Assembly (NCBI RefSeq): GCF_009914755.1
Contig: NC_060929.1
From: the human T2T-CHM13v2.0 reference genome, Homo sapiens
Reading direction: 5' to 3' (one strand)
Length of the DNA: 64,000 nt
In this document: positions 43,071 to 57,592 of the stretch, one piece after another
Numbering within the stretch: position 1 is the first letter of the stretch
How the letters are laid out: each line of letters opens with the position of its first letter
Made by a program: the position numbers and the translations under genes
Notes under the pieces: model-generated
What the model saw: only the letters and a program-made list of their open reading frames with translations
Told to the model about the DNA's origin: nothing
Databases searched by the model: none

Positions 43071-46000
43071 AGAAAGCAGGATGTTCAAAAAAAGAATTGT
43101 CATCACTCCCTAACAGGCTTCTGACTTGGAACAACACATTTTATTTGATGTATTTCTTAGGCCTACAAGAGGAAGTGGGTGGAGGGGGTGGAGAAACATA
43201 GAGAATAGAAACGTACAATGTTTGTCCCCCTAGCAGGAACACCAAATTTTAACACCTATCTACATACTGAAAAGCTCCATCGCGAGAATCACAAATCAGG
43301 TGAGCTATCATAGTACCCTGTTTTAACTTCATATTGCTGAAGCAGGCATTGAAGAGGGTAGTAGAGACAGTCTAGAATTGCCAACACCACCCCTTCCCCA
43401 ACCCCCAGCAGCAGACATGCAGCATGAAGACGGGGGTCTGTGTTCTTGGGGGAGGGAGCATGCATGACTGGGGGACTTTACATTGAATACAGTGCTACCC
43501 TGTCATAGTAGAGAGCAAAGCCAGCCTGGGCTTAACTAGCACCTGCACACAGAGGGAACATTTGGACCAGATGAAGCCAGAGGGGACCTTCCATCCCACA
43601 CATCTGAACTTGAGTTTCTTGGCAGTCTTGCCATCACAAGCCAAAGTGCTCTGGGGTCCTAGGTAAACTTGAAAGGCAGTCTAGGACACAAGGTCTGCAA
43701 TTCCTAGGCAACTTCTAGTACAGAGGTGGGCTTAAAGCCAGGGAACCAGGATGGCACATGACTTAGAGAGGTACCAGCAGAGGGATTAAGGGGGTGCTTG
43801 AGTCCCCCTTTCCAGTCCCTAGCTCATGGATGACATTTGTAGACATATCCTGGGCCAAAAGAGAAACTATTGCCTTGAAGGGAAGGATCCAGTCCTGGCA
43901 GGATTCATCACCTGCTGACTAAAGACCCTTCGGCCCGGAATAACCAGCAGCAATACCTAGATGGTACACTATGGGTCTTGGGCTTGGAGGTGTGTTGGCT
44001 TCAGGTATGACCCAGCACATTACCAGCTATAATGGCTATGGTGAAAACCTTTTTCTGTTTGAGAAAAGCAGAGGAAAAAGTAAAGAAAACTTTGTCTTGT
44101 ACCTTAGGTACCAGCTCATCTATACTGTGGTAGAGCAACAAGCAGGCTCTTGGAGTCCCTGAGTCCAGGCCTAGGCTCTTGGACAGCATTTCTGGACCTG
44201 CCCTGAGCCAGAGGAGAGCCCACTGCCCTGAAAGATGAGTCCAAGGCCTGGTTGCATTTACCACAACCTGACTGAAGAGCCCTTTGGCTTTAAATGAATA
44301 TCAGCAATAGTCTTACAGAAACCTCCCCGGGCCAGTGGTGGTGGTGGCCACAGGGAGAGGCTCCACAGTCTGTGGAAAGGGAAGGGAAGAGCAGGAAGGA
44401 CTTTATATTGTGGTCTGAGTTCCAGTTTACCTACAGTAGAATAGAACATCAGGTAAATTTCTAAGATTTTTGACTCCAATCCCTGGCTCTCAGATAGCAT
44501 CTCTGTGCCCACCAGGGGCCTAGGGGAATTCACCACCCTAAAGATATAGACACAAATCTGTCTGGTTTTGCCATTTGCTGATCACAGAACCCTAGCGACT
44601 TGTGTGAAGATAGGTTGTAGCCAGGTTGTGGAGGTTACAAGAGGCCTTGGGTGAGACCCCAGTGTTGTGCTGACTTCAGGTCTGACCCAGTGCAGTCCCA
44701 GTGGTGATGGCCATGGGGGTGCTTGCATCACCACACCTCCAGTTCCAGAATGCTCAGCACAGACAGAGAGACTCCATTCATTTGGGAGAAAGTAAGGGGA
44801 GAAAAAAAAAAAAGAATCTCTGCCTGGTAATCCAGAAAATTCTTCCAGATCTCCTCCAAGACCGCCAAGGCAGTCCTTTATGACTCTGCAAAAACCACAG
44901 TGTTATTGAGCTTGGGACCCAAGTCCCTTTGAATACCTGGAAAGCCTCCCCAAGAAGGATAAGCACAAACACCCAACTGTGAAGACTACAATAAGTATCT
45001 AAGTCTTCAAAATTCAGATGCTGATGAACATCTACAAGCATCAAGACCATTCAGGAAAACAGAACCTTACCAAACACACTAAATAAGTCACCACGGACCA
45101 ATCAGCAAGAAACAGAGGTATGTGATCTTTCAGACATAACTCAAAATAGCTGCTTTGAAGAAATTCAAAGAAATTCAATATAACACAGATAAGAAATTCA
45201 AAATTCCACCAGATAAATTTAACAATAAGATTGAAATAATTAAAAACAATCAGGCAGATATTCTAGAGCTGAAAAATGCAATTGACATACTGAAGAATGC
45301 AGTAGAGTCTCTTAATAGTGGAATGGATCCAGCAGAAGAAAGAATTAGTGAGCTTAAAGATAGGCTATTTGCCTAAAAGAAAAAGGAATGAAAAAGAATG
45401 ATGCACCCCCACAAGATATAGAAAATAAACTAAAAAGGGCAAATCTAAGAGTTATTGACCTTAAAAAGGAGGTAGAGAAATAAAAAGGGGTAGAAAGTTT
45501 ATTCACAGTGATAACAGAGAAACCCCCAAAGCTAGAAAGAGATATCATTTCCAAGTACAAGAAAGTTATACAGCACCAAGCAGATTTAACCTGAAGTGGA
45601 TTGTCTCAAGGCATTTAGTAGTCAAACTCCCAAAGATCAAGGATTAAGAAAGAATCCTAAAAGCAGCAAGAGAAAAGAAACAAATAACAGATAATGGAGC
45701 TCCAATACATCTGGCAGCAGACTTTTCAGTGGAAACTTTACAGGAGAAGAGAGAATAACATGACATATTTAAAGTGCTGAAGGAAAAAATCTTTTACCCT
45801 ATAATAGTACACTCAGTGAAAATATCCTTTAAGCATGAAGGAGAAATAAAGACTTGCCCACACCAAAGCTAAGGGTTGTCAACACCAGAACTCTCCTACT
45901 AGAATTATCCTCCTATCTTTAGCATTTCTAGTGGAGTTTTATTAGTTTTCTTTCTGTTTGTTTGTTTAGGCAAGCAGTGTTAAGTTGTTATCAGGTTAAA

Positions 46001-46316
46001 ATAATGGGTTATCAAATAGCATTTGCAAGACGCATGGTAATCTCAAATCAAAAAAACACACAATGGATACAAAAAAATAAAAATCAAGAAATTAAATCAT
46101 ACCACCAGAGAAAATCACGTTTACTAAAAGGAAGACAGGAAGGAAAGAAAGAAGAAAGAGAAAAATCACAAAACAGACAAAAAACAAATGACAAAATGGC
46201 AGGTGTAAACTTCTACTGATCAATAATAACATTGAATGGAAACGCTACAATGAAACAACAGAATGGTTGGATAGATTTAAAAAAAAAAAACCAATGATCT
46301 GTTGCCTACAAGAAAC

Positions 46317-46418
46317 ACACTTCACTTATAAAGATACATATAGACTGTAAATAAAAGGATGGAAAAAGATATCTTTCTCTTTATTTACAGTCTATATGTA
46401 TCTTTATAAATGAAGTGT
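46317..46418. repeat. Inverted duplication (hairpin), 39-bp arms with 1 mismatch
   Basis: acacttcacttataaagatacatatagactgtaaataaa / tttatttacagtctatatgtatctttataaatgaagtgt, 24-nt loop. Confidence 0.92.
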
Positions 46419-49400
46419 AATTCGATGTAATGAAAACCAAAAAAAAGCAAAAGTCACTCTTTTTATTCCATTACATAATTCAACATAACAAAAATCAAAA
46501 AAGAGCAGGAGTATATAAATATATATATACATATATATGTATTACTTATATCAGACAAAATAGATTTCAAGATAAAAGCTATAAGAAGTGACAAAGAAGG
46601 TCACTATATAATTATAAAGAGGCCAATTCAGCAAGAGGATATGATGATTTTAAATATATATGCATCCAACACTGGAGCACCCAGATTTATAAAGCAAATA
46701 TTGTTAGAGAGAAAGAGAGAAATAGAACTCAATCAAATAATCGCTGGAGACTTTAACATCCCACTTTCAGCATGGGAAAAATCTCTCAGACAGAAAATCA
46801 ACAAAGAAACATCAAATTTAATTTGCACTACAGAACAAATGGATCTAATAGAAATTCACAGAACCTTTCATCCAATAGCTGCAGAAAACACATTCCTTTT
46901 CTCAACACATAGATCATTCCCAAGGCTAGACCATATGTTAGGTCACAAAACAAGTCTTAAAACATTTTTTTAAAAAAATTTAAATCATATCAAGAATCTT
47001 CTCTGACCACAATGGAATAAAAGTAGATATCAATAACAAGAGAAATTTTGGAAAATATACAAACATATGGAAATTAAACAATATGCTCCTAAATGACCAG
47101 TGGGTCAATGAAGAAATTAAAAAGGAAACTGAAAAATTATTGAAACAAATGATAATGGAAACAACATACCAAAATTTATGGGATGCAGCAATAGCAGTAC
47201 TAAGAGAGAAATGTATAGCCACAAGTGCGTACATCAGAAAAGAAGAAAACCTTTGAATAAATAACCTAACCATGCATCTTAAAGAACTAGAAAAGCAAGA
47301 ATAAATCAAACTCAAATTAGTGGAAGAAAAGAAATAATAAAAAGCATAGCAGAAATTAATGAATTTGAAATTTAAAAAACAGTACAAAAGATCAATGAAA
47401 CAAAAAGATGGGTTTTTTGAAAAGATAAACAAAATTGACAAACCTTTTGCCAGACTGATAAAAAATGAGAAGATCCCAATAAATAAAATCAGAGATGAAA
47501 TGGGAGACATTACAACTAATATCATAGAAATGCAAAGGATCATTAGTGACAACTATGAGCAAATAGGTGTCAATAAACTCGAAAATTTAGAGGAAATGAA
47601 TAAATATCTGAAAATATAAAACCTACCAAGGTTGACTCATAAAGAAATCCAACACATAAACAGACCAATAGCAAGTAATGAGATTGAAGCTGTAATAAAA
47701 AAGTCTTGCAGTAAAGAAAAGCTTGGGATCCTATGGCTTCACTGCTGAATTCTACCAAAAACTTAAAGAAGAACTAATACTAATCTTACTCAAACTACTC
47801 CAAAAAATAGAGGAGGAGGGAATACTTACAAACTCATTCTATGAGGCCAGTATTACCCTGATACCAAAACCAGACAAAGACACATCAAAAAAAGAAAACT
47901 ACAGGCCAGTATCTCTTATGAATATTGATGCAAAAAAAAAAATCCTCAACAAAATACTAGCAAGCAGAATTCAACAACAAATTTAAAAGATCATTCATTA
48001 TGACCAAGTGGGAGTTATCCCAGGGTTGCAAGGATGCTTCAATATATGTAAATCAATGAATGTGATACATCATATCAACACAATGAAAATAAAATCTATA
48101 TGATCATTTTAATTGATGTAAAAAAGCATTTGACAAAATGTGACATCCCTTCATGATAAAAACCCTTAAAAATTGGTAGAGAAAGAGCATACCTTAACAT
48201 AATAAAAGCCATATATGACAGACCCACAGCTAATATCATACCAAATGGGGAAAAACTGAAAGCCTTTCCTCTAAAATCTAGAACATGACAAGGATGCCCA
48301 TTTTCACCACTGTTATTCAATATAGTATTAGAAGTCCTAGCTACAGCAATCAGACAAGAGAAAGATATAAAGGGATTCCAAACTAGAAAAAAAGTCATCA
48401 AATTATCCCTGTCTGCAGATGATATGATCTTAGTTGGACAAACCTGAAGACGCTACAAGAAAACTATTAGAACTGATAAACGAATTCAGTAATGTTGCAG
48501 AATAGAAAATCAACATACAAAAATCAGTAGCATTTCTATATGCCAACAATGAACAAACTGAAAAAGAAATTTAAAAAGTAGTTTCATTTATAGTAGCCAC
48601 AGATAAAATAAATACCTAGGAATTAATCAAAGAAGTGGAAATTTTCTACAATAAAAACTATAAGACAGTTATGAAAGAAATTGAAGAGGACACCAAAAAT
48701 GGAAAGATATTCCATGTTCATGATTGGAAGGTTCGATACTGTTAAAATGTCCATGCTACCCAAAGCAATCTAAAGATTCAATGTGATCCCTATCAAAATA
48801 TCAAAGACAGTCTTCAGATAATATGGAACCATAAAAGACCCAGAATAGCCAAAGCCATCCTAAGCAAAAAGAACAAAATTGGAGAATCATATTACTTGAC
48901 TTCAAAATATACTACAGAGCTATAGTAACCCAAACAGAGTGGTATTGGGATAAAAACAGACACATAGATCAATAGAACAGAATAGAGAATCCAAAAACAA
49001 ATCCACTCACTTACAGTGAACTCATTTTCAACAAAGATGTCAAGAACACACACTGGGGAAACAACAGAATCTCCAATAAATGGTGCTGGGAAAACTGGAT
49101 ATCCATATGCAGAAGAATGAAATGAGGCCCCTATCTCTCATCATATACAAAAGTCAAATCAAAATGGATTGAAGGCTTAAATCTAAGACCTCAAACTGTG
49201 AAACTGCTCCAAGAAAACATTTGGGAAAATTCTCCAGTACATTGGTATGGGCAAAGATTTCTTGAGAAATACCCTTATAAGCACAGACAACCAAATCAAG
49301 AACGGACAAACAAGACCACATCAAGTTAAAAAGCTTCTGCACAGCAAAAGGAAACAATCAACAAAGTGAAGAGACAATCCACAGAATGGAAGAAAATATT

Positions 49401-49428
49401 TTCAAACTACCTATCTAACAAAAGATTA

Positions 49429-49939
<511 letters not shown>

Positions 49940-50889
49940 TCATTTCACCCTCGTTATTAAAATGGCTTATATCCAAAAGGCAAGCAATAACAAATGCTGG
50001 CAAACGTGTGGAGAAAAGGAAACCCTCAGACGCTGTTGGTGGGAATGTAAATTAGTACAACCACTACGGAGAACAGGTTAGAGGTTCCTCAAAAAACTAA
50101 AAATAGAGGTACCATATGATCCAGCAATCCCACTGCTGGATCCCACCAAAGATAAAAAAAAAATCAATATATCGAGGAGACATCTGTACTCCTATGTTTA
50201 TTGCAGCTCTGTTCACAACAGCCAAGCTTTGGAAGCAACCTAAGTGTCCATCAATAGGTGAATGGACAAAGAGAATGTGGTACTTACACACCATGGAGTA
50301 CTACTCATCCGTAAAAAAAGAACAAGATTCAGTCACTTGCCACAACATAGATGAAACTGAAGTTCATTACGTGAAGAGAAATAAGCCAGGCACAGAAAGA
50401 CAAACATCATATATTCTCACTTATTTGTGTGACCTAAAAATCAAAACAATTGAACTCATGGACATGGAGAGTAGAAGGACCATTACCGGAGGCTAGGAAA
50501 AGGGTAGTGGGAGGGTGAAGGGGAGGTGGAGATGGCTGATGGGCATGATAGTATTTGATAGCACCACAGGATGACTACAGTCAATAACAATTTAATTGTA
50601 CATTTCAAAATAATTAAAAGAGTATAATTAGATTATTTGTAACACAAAGGATAAATGCTTGAGGGGATGGATACCTTGTTTTCCATGATGTGATTATTAT
50701 TCATTGCATACCTGTATCAAAATATCTCATGTACTCAATAAATATATACACCAACCATGTACCCACAAAAAATACAAATACAAATTTAAAAAAAGATAGA
50801 TCAGTGTGATTTCAATCCCTAAAGATATTGACGTTGGGATTCTATCCACAAGTTTTGTCCAGGCAAATAATAGAAGGTGCTTTGACATC

Positions 50890-51333
50890 TATCAGTTAGG
50901 AGCACTTTCAGCTACCAGTAACAGAAATTGCAACTGACAGAAACATAAACTAATTGGGGTTATTTTTCCACCACTAAGACATTCAGAGTTTGTATGGTCT
51001 GGCACTGTTAGTGCTGCTTGAAGATGCTCTCAGGGATCCAGGCTTCTCCTGTCTTTGGGCCCTCCATCTCGAGGGTGTTGGTGTTTAGCAACCTTGTGAC
51101 CTCATGATCTCAAAGTGGCCACCAGTGTTTCATACCATGCTGTGTGCCAGATAGAAAGAAGAAGGAAAGCAGTTTATGCAAACTGCATCTAGCCCTTTTA
51201 TCAGCAGACTTTAAATACATCTTTTTAGCCACCTCTAGCCAAAATGAGTATTGAGTTTCCAGCTTCTAAGAGGTGAACAATGGAGATGGAGGTTGGAAAT
51301 ACGGGTGGGGTAGGCCAACCAAATGTCTGCCAC
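50890..51333 (-). mobile_element. MLT1J/K-like LTR
   Basis: tcagttaggagcactttcagctaccagtaacagaaa...ggtaggccaaccaaatgtctgccaca. Confidence 0.65.
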
Positions 51334-51691
51334 AGAAACCAAGATGTGACTTGGGATTTCAAGATGTGAAATCTATCCTTTGCCTCTATACTGAAGTCTG
51401 GGAAAGCAGGGAATAGGGATGGAATCTGCATTCTCCATATTCTTAGATACACAACTTTTCTTGCTCACTGCAACCCAATATGTCACTGGTCATAGAGAGA
51501 GATGTTCACCAAACATCTTTTACTGTTTCCTTCAGCTCCATAGTGAATGTGACACTTCTTTATCCCTTTTCCTCCTCCCCCACCAACCTAAGAAGCTTCA
51601 TACTTGAAAATCTTTATTAAAGAGCATTATTAATATATTGATAAGTGCATGAGGAAAGTGTGAAAGAATACATACAAACATATACACATGT

Positions 51692-51742
51692 ATAGATAGA
51701 TAGATAGACAGATAGACAGATTGATAGATAGATATAGACATA
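51692..51742. repeat. (GATA/GACA)n microsatellite
   Basis: Direct read. Confidence 0.9.
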
Positions 51743-52972
51743 TAATATGGCACCAGTATTGGTGGGTGTTGCTGGGAGATGAGAGGAATCCTTCACTCTG
51801 TGCATATACATTACTACATCACTTGAATTTTTTATACAAGCATATATTACCTTTGTAACCTATAAAAGCAATGAAGATATAAACAGTTAATAAATTTCTC
51901 ACTAGTTTTTCATGCTTCAGGCAGAATTAACCCAGTTTAATTAATCTTCCTGAAGGTCTTATTTTCTAACCAACTTTGTGGTTTATTCTTGAACCTTCAC
52001 CAAGTTCTTCAGAAATTCTTTAGTCATGAGAAAGTTGACACAACTTAATCCACTCACAAGTCAGATTCCCAGAATGCTAAAACATTCATACACATTCCTC
52101 CATTTTGGAAATTAAATTTAATAGCTTGCCCTCTGAAGAAATGCCTATGTGTCCCAGAACATGCTGACCTTTCACGAATTTTGCTTACATTTTAACTGTC
52201 AGGTTACTACAGCTTCTGATTTGTAAAAAGTGATTTTAGTTTAACAGGCTTCAGTATAAAGCTGGTGTTTTCGGCAGGGAAATGTCCTAAATCCTGTTCA
52301 TCAAGCTGGACATATTTATTTTGATTGATAAGCCTGGTAATTTGTCCTAGAGCTTTTCATTTTGGTGAATTACATAATGGTATACTCACTAGCTTTTATC
52401 TTCATGTGATAGAAACAACTGTAAATTTTGCCTAATTCTCTCTTCCTAGGGTCATGTTGTGGCAGGCTTATGGAGTTAGACTGCTGAATTAGGTGAGGTC
52501 AGGGAAGGACAATGCCATTGACCACAAAATTGAGTTGTGGTTGATGTATTCACCTGTAAATTCACAAGGGTCACAGGGATCATAACAAAAAAAATGCCAT
52601 GGTTTTGTTCAGAAGGCTATTCTCAAATTCATCAGGATCCTCTTTTCCTTTACTATTCATGAAAAGATGACTTTAAGATTTCTTGCTTATATGCCTATTA
52701 GGATGATGGATAAATATTTATTCATTGATAAGGTGAATACAGGAGAAAATGAATTTTGATGAGGTAGGGAAGTATCTCTCCAACTTGCCAAGAAAAGAAG
52801 TTAAACAATTTCTATCTTATACATTCTTTTTGATTCTATGTAGAGATAATATTTTCTTGCATTTTTCACTACAATCTGTAGTCAACTTCTTGTCTTTTTT
52901 GCCAAATATTTGATATTTTTATGACAGCCATGTGAAATATGTACATAGAAATATTGCAGTAATACATTTCCA

Positions 52973-53289
52973 GGCCTGGCATGGGGGCTCATGCCTGAAA
53001 TCCCAGTACTTTGGGAGGCTGAGGTGGAAGGATTGTTTGAGCCCAGGAATTGAAGACCAGCCTGGGCAAGATAGCAGGATTCTGTTGCTAGAAAAAAAAA
53101 TTTAAAAACTGCTGGGTGTGGCGGCCTGTAGCCCCAACTACTCAGGAGGCTGAGGTGGGAGGATTGCTTGAGCACAGGAGATGGAGGCTGCAGTGAGCCA
53201 TGATAGCACCATTGCACTCCACCCTGGGTGACAGGGCAAGACCCTGTCTCAAAATAAATAAATAAATAAATAAACAAAAACAATAAAAA
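52973..53289 (+). mobile_element. AluJ
   Basis: J diagnostics (ggaggattgcttgag, gaggctgcagtgagccatgat); TSD ta(a/g)tacatttcca. Confidence 0.92.
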
Positions 53290-53489
53290 TAGTACATTTC
53301 CAGAAATTTTAACTCTCCTAAAGTGGTTGCGAAATAAAAATTAGCAAAAATGCTTTCTGAGTGCCCAAAATAAACCTACGTTTCCTGAACAACACCTTTT
53401 TGTTCACTCAGAGGCTTTTACTCTGTCTTGGCACTGACTTCTAACAATCTTTGTCAGTAGTGATAATAAAATAATGATGATAAAGATGC

Positions 53490-54680
53490 TGATGATAGCT
53501 ATATATCCTAGGTACTGTGATAGGAATGTTACTTTATCTATAATAATCCTGGCAACCATTTTACCTATCCTAAGAGCAGACATTATTTACTCTCATTTTA
53601 TAGATAAGAAACTGAGACTGAGAAGTTAAGTAATTCACCCAAGCTACTAGGGACAATGTCAGGCTTCAACGGGGATATCTCTCTTATACCACACTGCCTT
53701 CCTGAACAGAACTATTTATGTTCCTCAGTGTTGCATCCTTGGCCTTCTGCTTTTCGAACGCAACATTTACTCATAGGATGAGTCATCTCATCCAAATTTA
53801 TGGATGCAACAGCAATCTGGGAGCTAATGACTCCTAGAATTACCTTCCAGTTCAGCTTTCTTTCCTGAGTTCTAGATCTATGTATCTTACTGCTTCTAGA
53901 ACATGCCTATTTCAATATGCAACAGTTTCCTCAAAGTCAACATCTCCCAAATTAATGCTTTACCTTTTCTATCACCTCCTCATATCTGTTCTTCCTCTTC
54001 TAGCTCTTACCTTACTAATGGGCAATATCATACACCTAATTGCTCAAGCTAAGAGATATCCTTGACAATTCCTTCTCCTTCTACCCTCATATCCAAATGA
54101 AAATCGAATCTTATTGATTCTACCTCCTTAACAGTTCTTGAACCTCCAAATCCATTGTCTCCTCTCCTCCTCCATTACCAGTGCCTTTTAACTTCTGATA
54201 ATATTTTGCCTGGTTTATTGCAACAGAGTCCAAGATTCTACTCCTAATGCCAGTCTGAATTCATTCTGTGCTTTACAAAAATGTGTTTAATTTCTCAGAT
54301 AAATGTCTCCATCTTTTAAAACCTGAAAGTACTGTAGTACAAGTAAATTTTCTAACTTGACTTTTCAAGTTGAATATAGTAAATATAACTGAACAATTAC
54401 TAAATGGCTGCTGGTTTTTATAAATGAAATTTTTCAATTCTTTTTTTTTCTCTGTTATTTTTCACCACGTACATGTGGTCAAAGTACCTTAATGTTTTAT
54501 TTCTCACATTAGCTGGTCTGTTGTCTCACCTGCTTAAAAGCCTATGTTCCCAACAGCTGCCAGAAAGATCTTTTTCTAAAATGTAAATCTGATTCTCTCA
54601 TGGTCTTGCTTAAAATTTTTCAATGGCTCCTTAGTGCCTCCAAGACAAAAATCTGAAATCTTTGATTGACATAAAAGGAG
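53490..54680. mobile_element. MIR (-) followed by L2 (+) fragments
   Basis: cattttatagataagaaactgagactgagaagttaag; aatgactcctagaatt...aaatgtaaatctgat. Confidence 0.6.
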
Positions 54681-55122
54681 CAGTCTGAGGCTATTTTAGG
54701 GAAAGACAACTGCCCACCAGCCCTACATAATAGCCCAGGAGGACATTACTAGATGATGTTCAAAACAATGACCTAAAAATCATCCAATAAATGTTATTCA
54801 CTGTATTGAACTTAAGAAGTAGAGAAGATTGCATTTAAAGAGATTTGTTGTAGAAATGTTTCATATATGTGAGTGCCTAAATAAGTAAATGCCAGTAAGT
54901 TAGAAAACTATGTCACTGCATTTTCTGATTTTTATGAGATGGAAACGTTTGCATGAAAAATTAAAGGAATTATTAAAAATATGAGATTAGTCTGGAGTGG
55001 CATGAGGGGTTGAATGTAAGTCATAAGTGAAATTAAACACTAAGTGACTTAGACCATGCTTACATAATTCAGGAAAAATTGATAAAATTAAGAAACTGAA
55101 AATTCCCCAGTCATTCCCTAAT

Positions 55123-55620
55123 CTAGAGGTCACAACTGGAGGCTACAGGTCAGATTTTGCCACAAGGTAGGTTTTATCTCATCTGCACATATTTTTTTTA
55201 AAACTTCCACATTTTAACGTCCTCAGCTCTTTCTAAATTTCATCCACCCACTTGTGTCAGTTCCATGAACAGTTATTGGTCCACAAGGTAACTCTGAAAA
55301 TTGAGCATAAGCTTTTAGAAGCTTTTGTAGCAATTTAGCAATGTAATCACATGTCTATTGAATCCAAATGTAAGAAATTGAGTCATATTTCTTATGTCTT
55401 TGGTTTTTTATTGTATTTTTCTTGGTAATTCATTTTTAATATATTTCACAAAAGTATCAGTTCATGCCAATTGGAATTTTTAAAAATTAACCTATGATAA
55501 CATAGATAGTTTGAAATGTGTTGCTCCGGCTTACCCCAATCCCCACCATTCCCCATTATTATTTTAGGCCAATTTCACTCAAATGCTAGGCCCCTGATGG
55601 CTTTTGATTTGAGACTTCCT
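55123..55620 (-). mobile_element. MER102-like hAT element, apparently interrupted by another hAT MITE (~55230-55522)
   Basis: Ends resemble MER102 termini (ccccaccattcccc...ggcccctgatggcttttgatttgagac). Confidence 0.45.
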
Positions 55621-57592
55621 CACTCATTCAATTACATTCATTTTCAGATGAGGCTGAAGGCCAACAGCAGTTAGGGTATCTTGCCAAAGTCTCAAGGAAC
55701 CTCACATCTCTACACACATTAACCCAGTAACACCTGCATAGTGACTTAAAATTTCAAAGCCCCTCAAAAGACCTGCAGCAAAACAAATGTCTAATTGAAA
55801 TGTGTTTTCAGCACTTCATGGCTACACTTAGACAAGCTATCATGTGCTACTTTCAGGCAAATAGTGATACCAGAATTCATGAAGGAGCAAGGAAGCCTAG
55901 AGACAACTAGAAGCAAGCTCAAACAATTGGGGGGATGTTGGGCCAGTAAGAATAAGTTCAGAAACATTCAATTATCCCTTTCTTTCTTGATTTATGCATC
56001 CTTCAAGTCAATATGATCATCTGTTTCCAGGTGCCAAGCGCTTGGTTCCCTGTTACAGTTTTCTTTACAATTTCAGCTTACTGAAGTGTATCATATCAGA
56101 GAATACTCTGATCTTCCAGAGCAATTACCTCACCAGTACCCAAGGCATGTCCCCTTTCTTACCTAGAAGCAAAGCTGGGAGTAGAAACCTCCCCTAATGA
56201 TTTCCAAGTGTTTCCAGCTGTGTTAAATACAAACTTAATCATTTGGCTTTTCTCCCTTATCTATCATCATCATAATTTTTAAAGACCTCTCCTCCACTCA
56301 CTGAATTTATCTCCAGCTTATTGCAAGTAATGAGAATTTGGAGTTGAGATTCACAATCGTCCATATGTCAGTTGGAAGAAGAAAATCGAGACTAAGAGAG
56401 TGGAAACATAGCTGGAAAATTAATGCTTCAAGCGGAATCCCAGACTTAAACCCATGAATGTTTTGAAGATGGATTATACATTTTAATCATAGACAAAGAG
56501 CATTATAGAAAAGTTGGGCTCTTAATTTAAAATGAAGCCGAAAAAGGGTGAGTTTTCAAACATGACACTTCCCAATATGCTAACACATAGGAGCCACATG
56601 AAAAATATTTATTTAGTGAATTAATTGATGATGCAAGCAACAATGAAATTGCTGTAAGGCTCACTTGAAAAATCCCTCTTGAGGTGTTTGGGCCTTTTTT
56701 TTTTTTTTCTAAACCATCTTTTCCCTCTCAAGCCCAGACTCTGTAAGTGCCCACTCTACTTCTACCATGCCAGACATTTGCTGTCAGTCCACTGTCAGTT
56801 CCCAGAGTACCTGCAGTGGAGTACCATAGGTCTGCTGCATTGAGGGTAAATGGGACTCTGTTGTGGCTGGCAGGGAGCCCTGCCTGCGAGCTGACAACTA
56901 CATGAAATTGACTGACAAGCTCTGCAAGCAGATACAGAGTTAATGAGCAAACATTACCCAACCTTGCAATGTAGAGAAGGGATATGGCTAATTTAAAAAT
57001 GAACAAACAGAGACTTTCCATATCTGGCTTTAAGTTATTTATGTTCTTCTCCAAATAAAGGTCTGCCTCCAAAGAGACATTGTATATGAAAAGTTAATTT
57101 TACTTTCACTGATCACCATGACACCCACACCTTAAACTAATTCCAGACCAGATACATTTAAGAGTTAAAGAAACTAAAAAATTGGTTGAATCAACCCTGG
57201 CAATCAAAAGGGTAGCAGATGTTGTGACCAGGCTGCCCTCATCCACTGCCAGAAAATTAAGTCATGATTCTAGACAGATTGCAACATTTTCTACAATGTC
57301 CTTAATGGAATCATTCTTAGTTTAATAACTAATACTGCAGAGTTACTCTCAAAAAGGTTATTTTACAGAGAGAATGAAGAGTTCCAATACAGCCTACATA
57401 TCCTGAAAGACCAGGAATTTTCTGCTGGACCCAAAGAATAAGACCACAGTGTATTCACAGCTACACGTGATTTCTGCAATATGAATATACCTCTGCAGGT
57501 TGGTAACAAATAACCACAAGGAAGAAGGCAAAGCATTTGTTTCCAGCTTCTACAAGGTTTTTTTTTTTTATTACAAAGTCACTGGTAAGTGG

